DNA of 32,000 bases from Staphylothermus hellenicus DSM 12710. Lineage in GTDB: Archaea; Thermoproteota; Thermoprotei_A; Sulfolobales; Desulfurococcaceae. The notes under the pieces are model-generated. The model saw only the letters and a list, made by a program, of their open reading frames with translations. It was not told where the DNA came from and ran no database searches. The position numbers and the translations under genes are program-made. The stretch is taken from contig NC_014205.1 in assembly GCF_000092465.1 (NCBI RefSeq), forward strand, positions 1,548,348 to 1,580,347. The letters run 5' to 3'. Positions 8,295 through 17,777 of the stretch are shown here, piece after piece; position 1 is the stretch's first letter; every line of letters begins with the position of its first letter.

Positions 8295-8681
8295 TTAAGT
8301 TCCTGCTTTCGCTCTTAATTCTTGCACCTGCTTTATTATTTCTTCTACTAAGTCCTTAGCACCGCCTGGATCGATTATTGCAGCGCTAGCTGCAGCCACC
8401 TCTATACCTGCTGCTTCACCCAGCTTCTTCTTGCTTGGGACATAGACATATGGTATTTTCTTTTCATCGCAGAGTAAAGGTAGGTGAGCAACTATTTCTG
8501 GTGGATCAACGTCTTCAGCAATTATTACTAATCTAGCTATTCCTCTTTCAACAGCTTTTGTTGTTTCATTTGTTCCCTTCTTTATCTTACCACCTGTCTC
8601 TCTAACCTTCTTGACTGCTTCATATACTTTCTCAGCTAGTTCTGAGGGTACCTCGAATTTTACATAGAACGGCTTAGACAT
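8295..8681 (-). CDS. rpl7ae: 50S ribosomal protein L7Ae (K-turn binding protein)
   Basis: [36 protein letters not shown] and [13 protein letters not shown] are present. A GGGAGGAGGA Shine-Dalgarno motif precedes the ATG. Confidence 0.95.
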   Translation of the reverse strand: MSKPFYVKFEVPSELAEKVYEAVKKVRETGGKIKKGTNETTKAVERGIARLVIIAEDVDPPEIVAHLPLLCDEKKIPYVYVPSKKKLGEAAGIEVAAASAAIIDPGGAKDLVEEIIKQVQELRAKAGT

Positions 8682-8757
8682 AACTTCATCCTCCTCCCAA
8701 TTCTTCGGTCGTCTGACTTAAAAGCTAATAATAGTAAATGATATTATAAGGTTTTTG

Positions 8758-10515
8758 TTATTTATGTGCAAAAATACATTTGATCTCCTCTGGTTCTTTG
8801 GAATCAATTCTTGCAAACCCTATTCTATAGAACTGTACTATGTCTCCATGTTCTTCGTTAATTAATGCCTTTTCTGCGAGGAGCATTCTTGTTTCAAGAC
8901 TTGTTTCCTTTGGTATTACTAGTTTGACTCTTATTGCTTGCTCGGGTTTAACCCATTGAATTATTGGTGCATGATATTGCTTTGCTTCTTTAGCTGATAA
9001 ACTTATTAGTCTTGCTTCAAAACCCATATAGTTTTTAGAGAATACTGGTCGTGTTAGCGCAAAGTTTCCTATTCCCATTAATCTAAACATTTTATTTTGT
9101 ATGGTATCAAAATCTCTACGTGATATGTATACTATGTCTCCTGGTTTTACTATATAACTATATGTTTCATGTGTTGAAGGATGACGTAATACGTGGGCTT
9201 CAATACTATTACTAAAACCTATAAGTTTCAGTGGTAATGCTTCTTCGACAGCCATATACCTTTTTGCCTGAGGATCTATGATTGATCTATTTATTGCAGC
9301 TAAGTTAACATAACTAATCCTTGCATCAATAACATTTATTCCTACATCCTTTATTATTCTCCAAAGAGTTTCTCTTGCAATCCCCCTTCTCCGTAAGCCG
9401 GACAATGTTCCGAATCTTGGATCATCGTATGGCTCCATATTATATTCTACAATCATCTTCCTCATTCTAGACTTGCTCAAAATAACTCCTTCAAGACTTA
9501 ATCTACCAAAATGTATGGTTTCCGGATATTTCCAACCCATATGATCATATAGGAATTTCTGCTTAATAGTGTTTGAAACATGTTCTTTAGCTCTGAGTAT
9601 ATGTGTAACACCCATTAAGTGATCATCTATTGCAGCAGCTAAATTATATGTGGGCCACAAGATGTATTTGTCTCCAACAATTGGATGAGGTGTTTTAGAA
9701 GTATCAATTATTCTTGCAGCAACCCAGTCCCTAACACTTGGATCAGGATGTGACAGGTCTGTTTTAACCCTAACAACTGCTTCTCCCTCAGAATAGTATC
9801 CTTCAAATATCTTGTCAAGCTCTTCCAGGTGTTTTTCAGGGGATAATTCTCTGTGAGGACATGGTTTTCCAGCATCTCGTAGTTTCTTGAATTCTTTCGG
9901 ACCACATTTATCCACATAAGCTCCTCCACGTTTTATTAGTTCCCGTAAAGTATTGTAGAGTATTGGTAAGCGTAGACTTTGAATATATTCCTCATCCCAT
10001 TTAATACCTAGCCATTTAAGATCATTTCTTATCCTATCATATGCTTCTGGAAAAGGTGCTTTTGTTCTAGGATCGGTGTCTTCGAATCTTAGAATCATTT
10101 TTCCCTCATACATTTCAGCATACCAGTAACTGAGAAGTGCAGGTCTAGCGTTTCCTAAATGGATAGTATAGTCTGGATTAGGAGCGAATCTTGTGACAAC
10201 TTTTCCCTTTACAGCATTGGGTAGGGGTGGTAAAGATTTTTCTTCTGTTTTAGGTTTTTCTTCAAGTAGTTCTGGCCAATTCTTTTCAATAATTTCTTTT
10301 TGTTTTTCTATTGATAACTTGTTTACTTCGTTTATTGTTTCACGGACTATACTAATTATTTCTTTAACGTGTCTTCGTATCTCCGGTATTTCGGCTATAA
10401 TTTTGGATATTACGGGTTTTAATTCTGCTTTTCCACTGTGTTTATATGCGTTTAGTAATGCGTATTTATATGCTGCTTCACGGACTTTTTCTAATAATGA
10501 TTTCTCTAATGTCAT
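8758..10515 (-). CDS. gltX: Glutamyl-tRNA synthetase (archaeal type)
   Basis: The class I motifs are HLGNARPALL (HIGH) and LSKSRM (KMSKS). RFEDTDPRTK is also present, and the length is typical of archaeal GluRS. Confidence 0.93.
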   Translation of the reverse strand: MTLEKSLLEKVREAAYKYALLNAYKHSGKAELKPVISKIIAEIPEIRRHVKEIISIVRETINEVNKLSIEKQKEIIEKNWPELLEEKPKTEEKSLPPLPNAVKGKVVTRFAPNPDYTIHLGNARPALLSYWYAEMYEGKMILRFEDTDPRTKAPFPEAYDRIRNDLKWLGIKWDEEYIQSLRLPILYNTLRELIKRGGAYVDKCGPKEFKKLRDAGKPCPHRELSPEKHLEELDKIFEGYYSEGEAVVRVKTDLSHPDPSVRDWVAARIIDTSKTPHPIVGDKYILWPTYNLAAAIDDHLMGVTHILRAKEHVSNTIKQKFLYDHMGWKYPETIHFGRLSLEGVILSKSRMRKMIVEYNMEPYDDPRFGTLSGLRRRGIARETLWRIIKDVGINVIDARISYVNLAAINRSIIDPQAKRYMAVEEALPLKLIGFSNSIEAHVLRHPSTHETYSYIVKPGDIVYISRRDFDTIQNKMFRLMGIGNFALTRPVFSKNYMGFEARLISLSAKEAKQYHAPIIQWVKPEQAIRVKLVIPKETSLETRMLLAEKALINEEHGDIVQFYRIGFARIDSKEPEEIKCIFAHK

Positions 10516-10993
10516 CTTTATTCACTACCGCTAAAACATATCTTTCAGGTTTTTCCCATGGAAAATTAATTACGAGTAAGACTACTCCCTTACATGGTGA
10601 ACGAATTGTTCTTACTTCACCTTTACCAGTAATTATGTATGCAACTTTATCTCTTTCCTCGATTACGTCTCCTTCTCTGGGAAAAACATATGGTTGTACA
10701 CCTTTAACCTCGATTAGGCAAAGCTTCTTATTTTCATCTATTAGAAAACCTTTCATTTCTTTTTCTCCACTATACTCTGGGATTACTATGAATGCTTTTT
10801 TAGTAGCTGGTTTTACTAGGTCAATATAATTTATTATGTGTTCATAAACTATATGTCCGAATACACGCTTATAATTCACATTATCTATATCTTCTTTCGT
10901 AAATGCTAAGGCATAATGTCCATTTATTTCTAGAATATACTTATCGCCTTCCACTCCTTCAACGAATATTTCAGGATATCTATATTTTTCCAT
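10478..10993 (-). CDS. Conserved archaeal hypothetical protein with a C-terminal lipoyl/biotinyl-like hybrid-barrel motif (DUF2118-like, from memory)
   Basis: 171 aa and not low-complexity. The C-terminal segment is FPREGDVIEERDKVAYIITGKGEVRTIRSPCKGVVLLV. Its ATG overlaps the idi2 stop (TAATG), and its 3' end overlaps the gltX start by 38 nt. Confidence 0.7.
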   Translation of the reverse strand: MEKYRYPEIFVEGVEGDKYILEINGHYALAFTKEDIDNVNYKRVFGHIVYEHIINYIDLVKPATKKAFIVIPEYSGEKEMKGFLIDENKKLCLIEVKGVQPYVFPREGDVIEERDKVAYIITGKGEVRTIRSPCKGVVLLVINFPWEKPERYVLAVVNKDDIREIIIRKSP

Positions 10994-12120
10994 TATTGAA
11001 AACCACCTTTACGAACAAATTGTATATAGTTTTCTAAATCTATTTTTCTCTGTTTAAAATAGCTTAGTATAGGCTCGAACAATACAACTGGTTTGCCACG
11101 GGCTTCATTTGGATTCTTAGCTCCAATTAGGAAGAGTATGGTTCTAATAGTCTCGATATATGTGTATAGGAATTCGTATGCTTTATTATAGCCTTGTTTT
11201 AATAAGAGATAAATAATTGGTTTTGCTATTCCAACCATGTTTGCTCCGAGAACTAATGATTTTACTGCTTTTAAACCATCCCATACTCCTCCACTAGCAA
11301 TGATGAATGAGTCGGGAGCAGCGTTTCTAGTCTCAATAATTGCTAGTGGCGTGGGTATTCCCCATTTACTAAGAATTTCAGCGATTCTCCTCTTATACTC
11401 GGGCGTCCTAGACCGATACTTCTCGACTAATATCCAGTTTGTACCACATGAGCCTGATACGTCAAAGTATCTTATACCAATAGATCTGAATAATGATGCT
11501 GTTTCCATGGAGATACCGTTGCCTACTTCTTTAATGATTACTGGAACATCAATGTTATCAAGTACTTCTTCGATCTTGGCAATAACATTGTCACTAAATC
11601 TTGTATCTCCTTCTGGCTGTATAGCTTCTTGTGCTGGATTTAAATGTATTGCTAACGCGTCTGCCTCAATGGATTTGATAAGAAACTCAACATCATTTAT
11701 GCTTAGATCATTAATGGTGTTAATACCGATATTACCAATAACCGGTACATCCTGCGCGGTCTTCCTAACTATTCTATAGGTTTTCAATACATCACTGTTC
11801 TCTCTATATATAATCATTGGTCTTTGACTTCCAACACCTATAGCTATACCTAGTTCTTGTGCTAGTCTAGCTAGTTTCTCATTTATTTTAGTAACATTTC
11901 TATGTCCTCCCGTCATTCCCGTTATCATTAGTGGTGCTTTAATAGTATAGCCTAGAAAATCTATCCTAAGATCCGTTTCCTCCAGATCTATTTTTGGAAA
12001 AGCTTGGTGAACAAGCATTATAGAATCGTATATTTCCGAGCAATGATCAGAAAAATCAACGTTTTCCTTCAAAATAATATCTATATGTTCTAGTTTTCTT
12101 TCACCTATATTCCTATCCAT
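10993..12120 (-). CDS. fni: Isopentenyl-diphosphate delta-isomerase type 2 (FMN-dependent IDI-2)
   Basis: KLEHI, PLMITGMTGG, GVGSQR, IIKEVGNGIS and ASGGV (TIM-barrel IDI-2 motifs) are present. Confidence 0.93.
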   Translation of the reverse strand: MDRNIGERKLEHIDIILKENVDFSDHCSEIYDSIMLVHQAFPKIDLEETDLRIDFLGYTIKAPLMITGMTGGHRNVTKINEKLARLAQELGIAIGVGSQRPMIIYRENSDVLKTYRIVRKTAQDVPVIGNIGINTINDLSINDVEFLIKSIEADALAIHLNPAQEAIQPEGDTRFSDNVIAKIEEVLDNIDVPVIIKEVGNGISMETASLFRSIGIRYFDVSGSCGTNWILVEKYRSRTPEYKRRIAEILSKWGIPTPLAIIETRNAAPDSFIIASGGVWDGLKAVKSLVLGANMVGIAKPIIYLLLKQGYNKAYEFLYTYIETIRTILFLIGAKNPNEARGKPVVLFEPILSYFKQRKIDLENYIQFVRKGGFQ

Positions 12121-12207
12121 TTAAGGCACCGTATTATTAGCTAGGAATAAACATTGTATTTCTTTTAAAATAATGCTTATTAATATGTGATAATATTCTG
12201 TTACATA

Positions 12208-13077
12208 TTATTTAATTAAAAACCTTATTGCAGCATAACCTACAACGGTTGATTTATCTCCTGAGACATCTCCACTTGTCGCATATTTTAATAGTTTAGC
12301 TTCTCCTTTACCATATAGTTTTACGAGTTCTATCAGAGTCATTATTCCTCCAGGACCACAGATGGTTACATGCTCCTCTAATAAAACCTTGTAGAAACCA
12401 TCTGTGTCAAGTGCGAGTATGCGTTCTAGTGCTTTTTTGTCTTTGGCAACTGTTATATCATGTGGGTCATAATGGTTAAAGTCGCTGCTAGCAATTATTA
12501 TACTATCTCTTCCTGTGCTCTGTAAAGATTCATATATTGCTTTAGAGAGATCCCTGGCTACATCTGGTGTGTGTAAGCCTAGAACTATCGGTACTATTTT
12601 AACATTGTCACCGAACAAATACTGTATAAATGGTAATTGAACCTCTATTGAATGTTCTTCGACATGTGCATATACGTCGAGTTCGGCGAGATCACTATTG
12701 TTAACTATATCTCTAGCTAGTTCAGCATCAACCTCTAGTTCTCCTAGAGGAGTAATCCATTTTCCTGCTGGATATACTGATACAAGTGAACCTAAACCTG
12801 AATGATTTGTTCCAATAATAATTATGGTTTCAGGTTTACCGTCGAGGGCTAAGTTGTAGTAGACATGAGCAGCTATAGGCCCGCTATAAATGTAACCTGC
12901 ATGTGGAGCTACGTATCCTAAGGTTTCTTTGCGCCGTGCATTTGATACTTTAGGCAATTCTCCTGGACCAAGTGGATGTTTAAAAGAATGCTCGATAAAC
13001 CCACGTAGTTTTTCTGGATCGCTTGGATAAAAATATCCAGCTACAACTGGGAGTCGTGTATGTGGTTTTTGCTCCAA
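12208..13077 (-). CDS. MEMO1-family protein (AmmeMemoRadiSam system protein B / UPF0103)
   Basis: PVVAGYFYPSDPEKL, APHAGYIYSGPIAA, IIGTNH and EHSIEVQLPFIQY are present. Confidence 0.88.
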   Translation of the reverse strand: MEQKPHTRLPVVAGYFYPSDPEKLRGFIEHSFKHPLGPGELPKVSNARRKETLGYVAPHAGYIYSGPIAAHVYYNLALDGKPETIIIIGTNHSGLGSLVSVYPAGKWITPLGELEVDAELARDIVNNSDLAELDVYAHVEEHSIEVQLPFIQYLFGDNVKIVPIVLGLHTPDVARDLSKAIYESLQSTGRDSIIIASSDFNHYDPHDITVAKDKKALERILALDTDGFYKVLLEEHVTICGPGGIMTLIELVKLYGKGEAKLLKYATSGDVSGDKSTVVGYAAIRFLIK

Positions 13078-13085
13078 ATATTATT

Positions 13086-13745
13086 TCACCTCTTAAGTTT
13101 TACTTCAAACTCTGAAGGAGGCTCAGGCAAGTCGCCGTCCGGCGGCAATAATCCTTTCTCCCTAAGTATTTGTCTCGCCAATAACCAATATATTAGTGCT
13201 AAGCTTTTTCTACCCTTATTATTTGCTGGAATAATTAGGTCTATATATTCTGTTCTATTATCTGTATCAGCTAGTGAAACAATAGGTATACCTATTTCTG
13301 CTGCTTCCTTCAATGCTTGGGAATCAGCACGTGGATCGGTTAATAATACTATGTCTGGTTCAAAATACCATTTAAGACTTGGATTCGTAAAGGTTCCAGG
13401 CATAAATCTACCGATGAAAGGTTTGCATCCTACATAGTTGCAGAACTTAACAACAGGTTTTTGCCCATATGTTCTAACTGATACTACAGCTATTTTTGAT
13501 GGTTCATATCTTGACAAGAACTTTGCAGCTATTCTTATTCTTTCATCAGTTTTTCTAACGTCTAGAATATATAGTCCATCGTTTCTAACACGGTAAACAA
13601 ATTGTTCCATAAATTTTGTGCATATATGAGTTCCTATATGAACTCCTGCCATCAAATATTTTTCTAGAGGAACCAATAATTCTATTACCGGTTTTGTCCG
13701 GGTTTTCTCTGCAGATTCTTTATTTTTTGATTGTTCTTGAGCCAT
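13086..13745 (-). CDS. rps2: 30S ribosomal protein S2 (uS2)
   Basis: [45 protein letters not shown] and [10 protein letters not shown] are present. Confidence 0.95.
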   Translation of the reverse strand: MAQEQSKNKESAEKTRTKPVIELLVPLEKYLMAGVHIGTHICTKFMEQFVYRVRNDGLYILDVRKTDERIRIAAKFLSRYEPSKIAVVSVRTYGQKPVVKFCNYVGCKPFIGRFMPGTFTNPSLKWYFEPDIVLLTDPRADSQALKEAAEIGIPIVSLADTDNRTEYIDLIIPANNKGRKSLALIYWLLARQILREKGLLPPDGDLPEPPSEFEVKLKR

Positions 13746-13767
13746 ATTATTTCACCTCTTAGCTTAC

Positions 13768-13968
13768 TCATGATACTTTGGGGAAGTTTAAGATTTCATA
13801 AGATATATCGATGTGTGAGAGAAACATTCGTCTACAACAGTATCTTTTAACACCTAGATCGTCGAGGACTTTGCCTGGATCTTCTCCTGCCTCAACTCTT
13901 TTCTTAAATTCTTCCCATAAATGACCTATGGGTGCACCACATGTGAAACATCTGACTGGAAACATCAT
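13768..13968 (-). CDS. rpoN: DNA-directed RNA polymerase subunit N (Rpo10)
   Basis: PVRCFTCG...YCCRRM is the zinc-binding Rpb10 signature. The protein is 66 aa. Confidence 0.93.
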   Translation of the reverse strand: MMFPVRCFTCGAPIGHLWEEFKKRVEAGEDPGKVLDDLGVKRYCCRRMFLSHIDISYEILNFPKVS

Positions 13969-13989
13969 TTTTATAAAACCACCTCGTTT

Positions 13990-14403
13990 TTACCTATAGC
14001 TTTTCTGCCATCTCCTCCTAGCACTATATCTGCCCCATTTCTCGGGCTCCGTTCTTCTCGGGTCTCCGCTTAACATGTATCTGTCGTATTCAGTAAATAT
14101 TTTTCTTAGTTCAGGATTGCTATCTGCATATTCTAGTAGCCCCCTGGCAATAGCCATTCTAACAGCGTCTGCTTGACTCATTATACCGCCTCCTTTAACA
14201 TTCACGTATATGTCTACCTGTTTCCATAGATCTCCGGCTATGACTAGGGGTTCATACATTTTTAGCCGAGCAAGCTCTATTGGCCATATTTCTAATGGTA
14301 CATTATTTATCCACACTCTTCCCTCGCCAGGCTTAATAATTGCTCTTGCAATGCTTGTCTTCCTTTTACCTGTTGCAATAACTATTTTTCCCTTCACACT
14401 CAT
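13990..14403 (-). CDS. rps9: 30S ribosomal protein S9 (uS9)
   Basis: GKRKTSIARA, VNVKGGG and the C-terminal RRRWQKSYR are present. Confidence 0.95.
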   Translation of the reverse strand: MSVKGKIVIATGKRKTSIARAIIKPGEGRVWINNVPLEIWPIELARLKMYEPLVIAGDLWKQVDIYVNVKGGGIMSQADAVRMAIARGLLEYADSNPELRKIFTEYDRYMLSGDPRRTEPEKWGRYSARRRWQKSYR

Positions 14404-14852
14404 ATCTTAACACCTTTCCAGCCAAGTTCTTTAGCTATATCTGCTAGGGTAATATATTCTCTACCAAGTCTATTAGCATCTGCTTTTTTGAAACGTATAA
14501 ACTCTACTTTACCGAGTTCAGGCGGCACCCCATTATATACTCTAAGCCTCTTATACGCATTTCTACCTTTAGGTTTATCCATAGGAAGCATTCCGCGAAC
14601 AGTTCTCTTCAATATGTTATGGGGCGACCTAGGCCTTCTAATCCCTGTTTTATAGGGGTTATAATGGGTGGTTACTTTCTCGATAAGCTTATATCCATGG
14701 ATAACCCTTACTCTTTCACCGCTTACAACTGCTTTTTCAGCATTCACCACGATCACTCTGTATCCGTTGAGTAGTTTTTTAGCTATAATACTAGCCAGTC
14801 TTCCAAGGATCTGGTTTGTTGCATCAACATATATTGTTTTATGCTCACTCAT
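14400..14852 (-). CDS. rpl13: 50S ribosomal protein L13 (uL13)
   Basis: VDATNQILGRLASIIAKKLLNG..VVVNAEKAVVSG is present. There is a 4-nt overlap with rps9. Confidence 0.95.
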   Translation of the reverse strand: MSEHKTIYVDATNQILGRLASIIAKKLLNGYRVIVVNAEKAVVSGERVRVIHGYKLIEKVTTHYNPYKTGIRRPRSPHNILKRTVRGMLPMDKPKGRNAYKRLRVYNGVPPELGKVEFIRFKKADANRLGREYITLADIAKELGWKGVKI

Positions 14853-14857
14853 TTATA

Positions 14858-15220
14858 TCACCCAATAATTTTAACATTACTTCCACGCGGGTTTTCACGG
14901 GCTAGATCAAGTATGTGTATGGCTTTTCCACCAGCGATCTTTATTTTTTCAATAGCTGCTTTTGTATATGAAACTGCGGCAACTGTTACTGGGTGATCAA
15001 TGTTTCCTGAGCCCAGTACTTTTCCTGGAACTACGACAATGTCTCCGCTACGGGTATGTCTATTTATCCTACTTATATTTACAGCTCTCCTCTGCCTCCT
15101 AGGTTTTTCGAGTTCTTCAGCGACTGCTTTCCAAATAGCTGCTCTATATTGTTTGGATAGTTTTTTGAGTTCTCTAATAGTTTTCCTTAACACAATGTTT
15201 GTGGGCCCTGTCTTCTTCAT
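14858..15220 (-). CDS. rpl18e: 50S ribosomal protein L18e (eL18)
   Basis: GPTN, AIWKAVAEELEKPRRQRRAVNISRINR and VVVPGKVLGSG are present. Confidence 0.93.
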   Translation of the reverse strand: MKKTGPTNIVLRKTIRELKKLSKQYRAAIWKAVAEELEKPRRQRRAVNISRINRHTRSGDIVVVPGKVLGSGNIDHPVTVAAVSYTKAAIEKIKIAGGKAIHILDLARENPRGSNVKIIG

Positions 15221-16071
15221 TTTATTATCCCCTCACCTCTAAGGTTTTCTATGAAATCATCTATTTTATTTTCAAGTATTTTTACGGCTTCAATAAGGAT
15301 TCTTTTAGGAGGTAATGAGCCTGTGGATTCAATTGTTAAAATATATTCGTTTTCTCTCCAGCCAACCTTTATAGCACCGGCTGGGCAGTATTCTTCGCAA
15401 ATTCTACATAGTGAACAATCAAATATTCTATCTCTGTTCACAGTTATTTTTCCATTTTTAAAGCTTAGAATATTTCTTGGGCAAACCTCTACACATTTTT
15501 TACAGTTTTCGCCTAAGCACTTCTTTTCATCTATGTGAATATCAGCAATATACTTATGTGCTGCAATAGATACGGGGCTCCATTTAGCATGTTCTTTTCC
15601 CCTGCCAAGCCTAGCATATGCTTCTAGCCTTATTTCCTGGTTCTTTCCGAGAACTATGATGGGGATATTATCATAGACAGGCTTTACATCGGGGTCAGAG
15701 GTTTTCAGGTCTCCGCTGTGCAGAGTTACTAGTTTGCCTTCCTCGCCTTTCCCCTCAAGATCGAGTTTTACAAAGCAATCCTCGGTGAATAATCCTCTAT
15801 CACTCGCTTCCTTGCATTCTTCCGGGGATTTATATTTATCTAGTGCTGCTTCGCTTGTTAAAGGTATAAGTCCTAGTCTATGAGCAATATATTCATCATA
15901 GAATACGCTGCTATTCATTGTGAATACTACAGAATCAATAGCCATTGTTGGTACTTCTGCAATTACGACTCTACGAATAGAGTTTAAAACATGTAGGGGA
16001 ATATCTTTTATATAAAGCTTTAGACGCAGAGGAGTTTTTTCTAAAACATTTATTTCCAAGACATGATTCAC
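15217..16071 (-). CDS. rpoD: DNA-directed RNA polymerase subunit D (Rpo3) with an inserted ferredoxin-like 4Fe-4S domain
   Basis: The Rpb3/AC40-like dimerisation domain is recognisable. Two cysteine clusters are present, CLGENCKKCVEVCP and CSLCRICEEYCP, as known for crenarchaeal subunit D. Confidence 0.93.
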   Translation of the reverse strand: MNHVLEINVLEKTPLRLKLYIKDIPLHVLNSIRRVVIAEVPTMAIDSVVFTMNSSVFYDEYIAHRLGLIPLTSEAALDKYKSPEECKEASDRGLFTEDCFVKLDLEGKGEEGKLVTLHSGDLKTSDPDVKPVYDNIPIIVLGKNQEIRLEAYARLGRGKEHAKWSPVSIAAHKYIADIHIDEKKCLGENCKKCVEVCPRNILSFKNGKITVNRDRIFDCSLCRICEEYCPAGAIKVGWRENEYILTIESTGSLPPKRILIEAVKILENKIDDFIENLRGEGIIK

Positions 16072-16089
16072 CCATATTAAAATATAGGT

Positions 16090-16500
16090 TTAGACTCTTC
16101 TACCTCTTCTACCGCCTGGTCTACGCGTAGTGTCATGCGGTATTGGTGTTACATCTTCGATTCTCCCAATAATGAATCCTGCTCTTGCAAGAGCACGTAT
16201 AGCGGCTTGTGCTCCTGGTCCTGGAGTCTTTGGTCCATGGCCTCCAGGCGCTCTTACTTTAATATGTAAAGCTGTTATTCCCTTATCCATTGCTTCAGCG
16301 GCTGCACGACTAGCGGCAATCATTGCTGCATATGGGCTTGGTTTCTCACGATCAGCTTTTACAACCATTCCACCGCTCCATCTACTAACAGTTTCTGCTC
16401 CAGTCAGATCTGTTATGTGGATTATAGTGTTATTCAAGCTACTGTAAATATGGGCTACGCCCCATTTAAGTTCTCTACCCATGAAAGCCACTCTGATCAC
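16090..16500 (-). CDS. rps11: 30S ribosomal protein S11 (uS11)
   Basis: [36 protein letters not shown] and the C-terminal [11 protein letters not shown] are present. The track start GTG at 16500 lies inside a GAGGGGTGATC Shine-Dalgarno-like motif. The likely true start is the GTG at 16491 or the ATG at 16482. Confidence 0.94.
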
Positions 16501-16517
16501 CCCTCAGCTATTTGGGT

Positions 16518-17024
16518 CTAAGCTTTCTCTTCAGCACTCTTTTTAAGCGGGCTTGTAGGTGCGTAATCAACTAGTTCTTCTTCTTCCCGGGAAACAATAT
16601 ATCCCGGCGAAGTAACTCTACGACCAGCAATGGCTATGTGGCCATGAACAATTAATTGTCTTGCATGATATATTGTTCTTGCCAGTCCCTTCTTATAAAC
16701 TATGGTTTGCAGTCTTCTCTCTAATAAGTCTTCAACAGTTAATCCTAGGACGTCTTCTAGGGTTGCGTTTTCGTGGAGTAGTCCTAGACGATAAAGTCTG
16801 TTAAGTAGAGCTTTTTCTGTTTGTTCACGTATTTCCTGGGGAGCGGCTAGAAGTGATCGTGCTTGGTGGCGGAATTTCCTAACAATTGTTTGTGCTCTCC
16901 ATAACTCTCTCTTATTTCTTAAACCATATGTTCCAAGAAGCTTAAGCTCTTGAACCAATACTTCTTTTCGCCACGGATGTCGCGGCCCCTCCCACTTCTT
17001 CCGAGGCTTCTTCGGATCACCCAT
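16518..17024 (-). CDS. rps4: 30S ribosomal protein S4 (uS4)
   Basis: [27 protein letters not shown] and an S4 RNA-binding domain ([37 protein letters not shown]) are present. Confidence 0.95.
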   Translation of the reverse strand: MGDPKKPRKKWEGPRHPWRKEVLVQELKLLGTYGLRNKRELWRAQTIVRKFRHQARSLLAAPQEIREQTEKALLNRLYRLGLLHENATLEDVLGLTVEDLLERRLQTIVYKKGLARTIYHARQLIVHGHIAIAGRRVTSPGYIVSREEEELVDYAPTSPLKKSAEEKA

Positions 17025-17037
17025 GTTTTACACCTCT

Positions 17038-17511
17038 TTATCTCCTCTTCCTTCTTACACCCACAGTTAATCCTAAGCGGCCCGTGGTACGTGTACGCTG
17101 TCCACGAACTTTTAAGCCGAGAGCATGACGTATGCCGCGCCAACTCTTTATCTTCTTTTCTCTCTCAATATCTTGTTTAACATAGAATATTAGCTCGGCA
17201 CCTATTAGATGCATATCTTTACCTGTAACATAGTCTTTTCTCCTATTAAGCATCCATGAAGGTATATCATAAGCTGACGGGTTACTCAATAAGTCCTCTA
17301 TCCTCTTTATCTCCTCATCTGTTAAATAACCAATACGCATTTCAGGATCAATGCCTAGTCTTCGACAAATACCATAGGCTAAGTTAACGCCTACACCTTT
17401 AATTTCTGCTAAACCATACACGGTCTTTAAGCTACCATCAATATCGGTTCCCGCTATACGCACTATATATCTATAATTCCTAGCACTACTCAAAACCCCA
17501 ACTTCACCCAT
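17038..17511 (-). CDS. rps13: 30S ribosomal protein S13 (uS13)
   Basis: YIVRIAGTDIDGSLKTVYGLAEIKGVG, WRGIRHALGLKVRGQRTRTTGR is present. The N-terminus is slightly long, and an internal TTG at 17493 is a possible alternative start. Confidence 0.94.
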   Translation of the reverse strand: MGEVGVLSSARNYRYIVRIAGTDIDGSLKTVYGLAEIKGVGVNLAYGICRRLGIDPEMRIGYLTDEEIKRIEDLLSNPSAYDIPSWMLNRRKDYVTGKDMHLIGAELIFYVKQDIEREKKIKSWRGIRHALGLKVRGQRTRTTGRLGLTVGVRRKRR

Positions 17512-17691
17512 GCATAACTTTTCTAAATAAATATCCTAACCAATACCATAAAAAAACTCCTATTATAAGCTTACCGTTTAATACTCAATAAACCTGTAGT
17601 TATCTATCCTCTATATTGAGCCGGCTCATCTCCTAATCCAGCTTTTCATCTTTTTCGTTGAGGAGACTTAATACTATTAAGAAATAAAATG

Positions 17692-17757
17692 TGTCAGGAG
17701 GGGCGAAAAATATCATCTCCAAAATGGATCGTTTTCCTAAAGCGCTTCATCATCCAT
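17692..17757 (-). ncRNA. Candidate C/D box sRNA (2'-O-methylation guide)
   Basis: On the minus strand there is a perfect C box AUGAUGA (17753-17747) and a perfect D box CUGA (17697-17694), 49 nt apart. A C'-like AUGAUAU (17716-17710) lies exactly 12 nt upstream of the D box. The intervening guide UUUUCGCCCCUC is GC-rich. The 12 nt after the C box are AGCGCUUUAGGA, but the D' box is degenerate (AAAC/ACGA). A TATA box lies about 27 nt upstream and the T-rich AUUUUAUUU follows immediately downstream. Confidence 0.45.
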
Positions 17758-17777
17758 GCTATGTATGCTGTTAATAA

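Noticed and set aside
8682-8757. K-turn autoregulatory element in the rpl7ae leader, suggested by AGGAUGA overlapping the Shine-Dalgarno motif
   Set aside because: L7Ae autoregulation via leader K-turns is known in some archaea. Here, however, I could not find a partner GA dinucleotide followed by a complementary C-stem. The box-like word is more simply part of the GGAGGAGGA Shine-Dalgarno motif.
9708-9929. 73-aa same-strand alternative-frame ORF inside gltX. Similarly, 16919-17143 spans the rps13/rps4 junction, and 1511-1723, 2477-2797, 4146-4879, 7315-7542, 7819-8061, 10193-10829 and 13060-13437 are similar cases
   Set aside because: All lie within or across confidently assigned genes in other frames or strands and show no family resemblance. 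They are treated as spurious.
11237-11779. 180-aa plus-strand ORF antisense to idi2
   Set aside because: It is a shadow ORF inside a well-supported IDI-2 gene, with no motifs.
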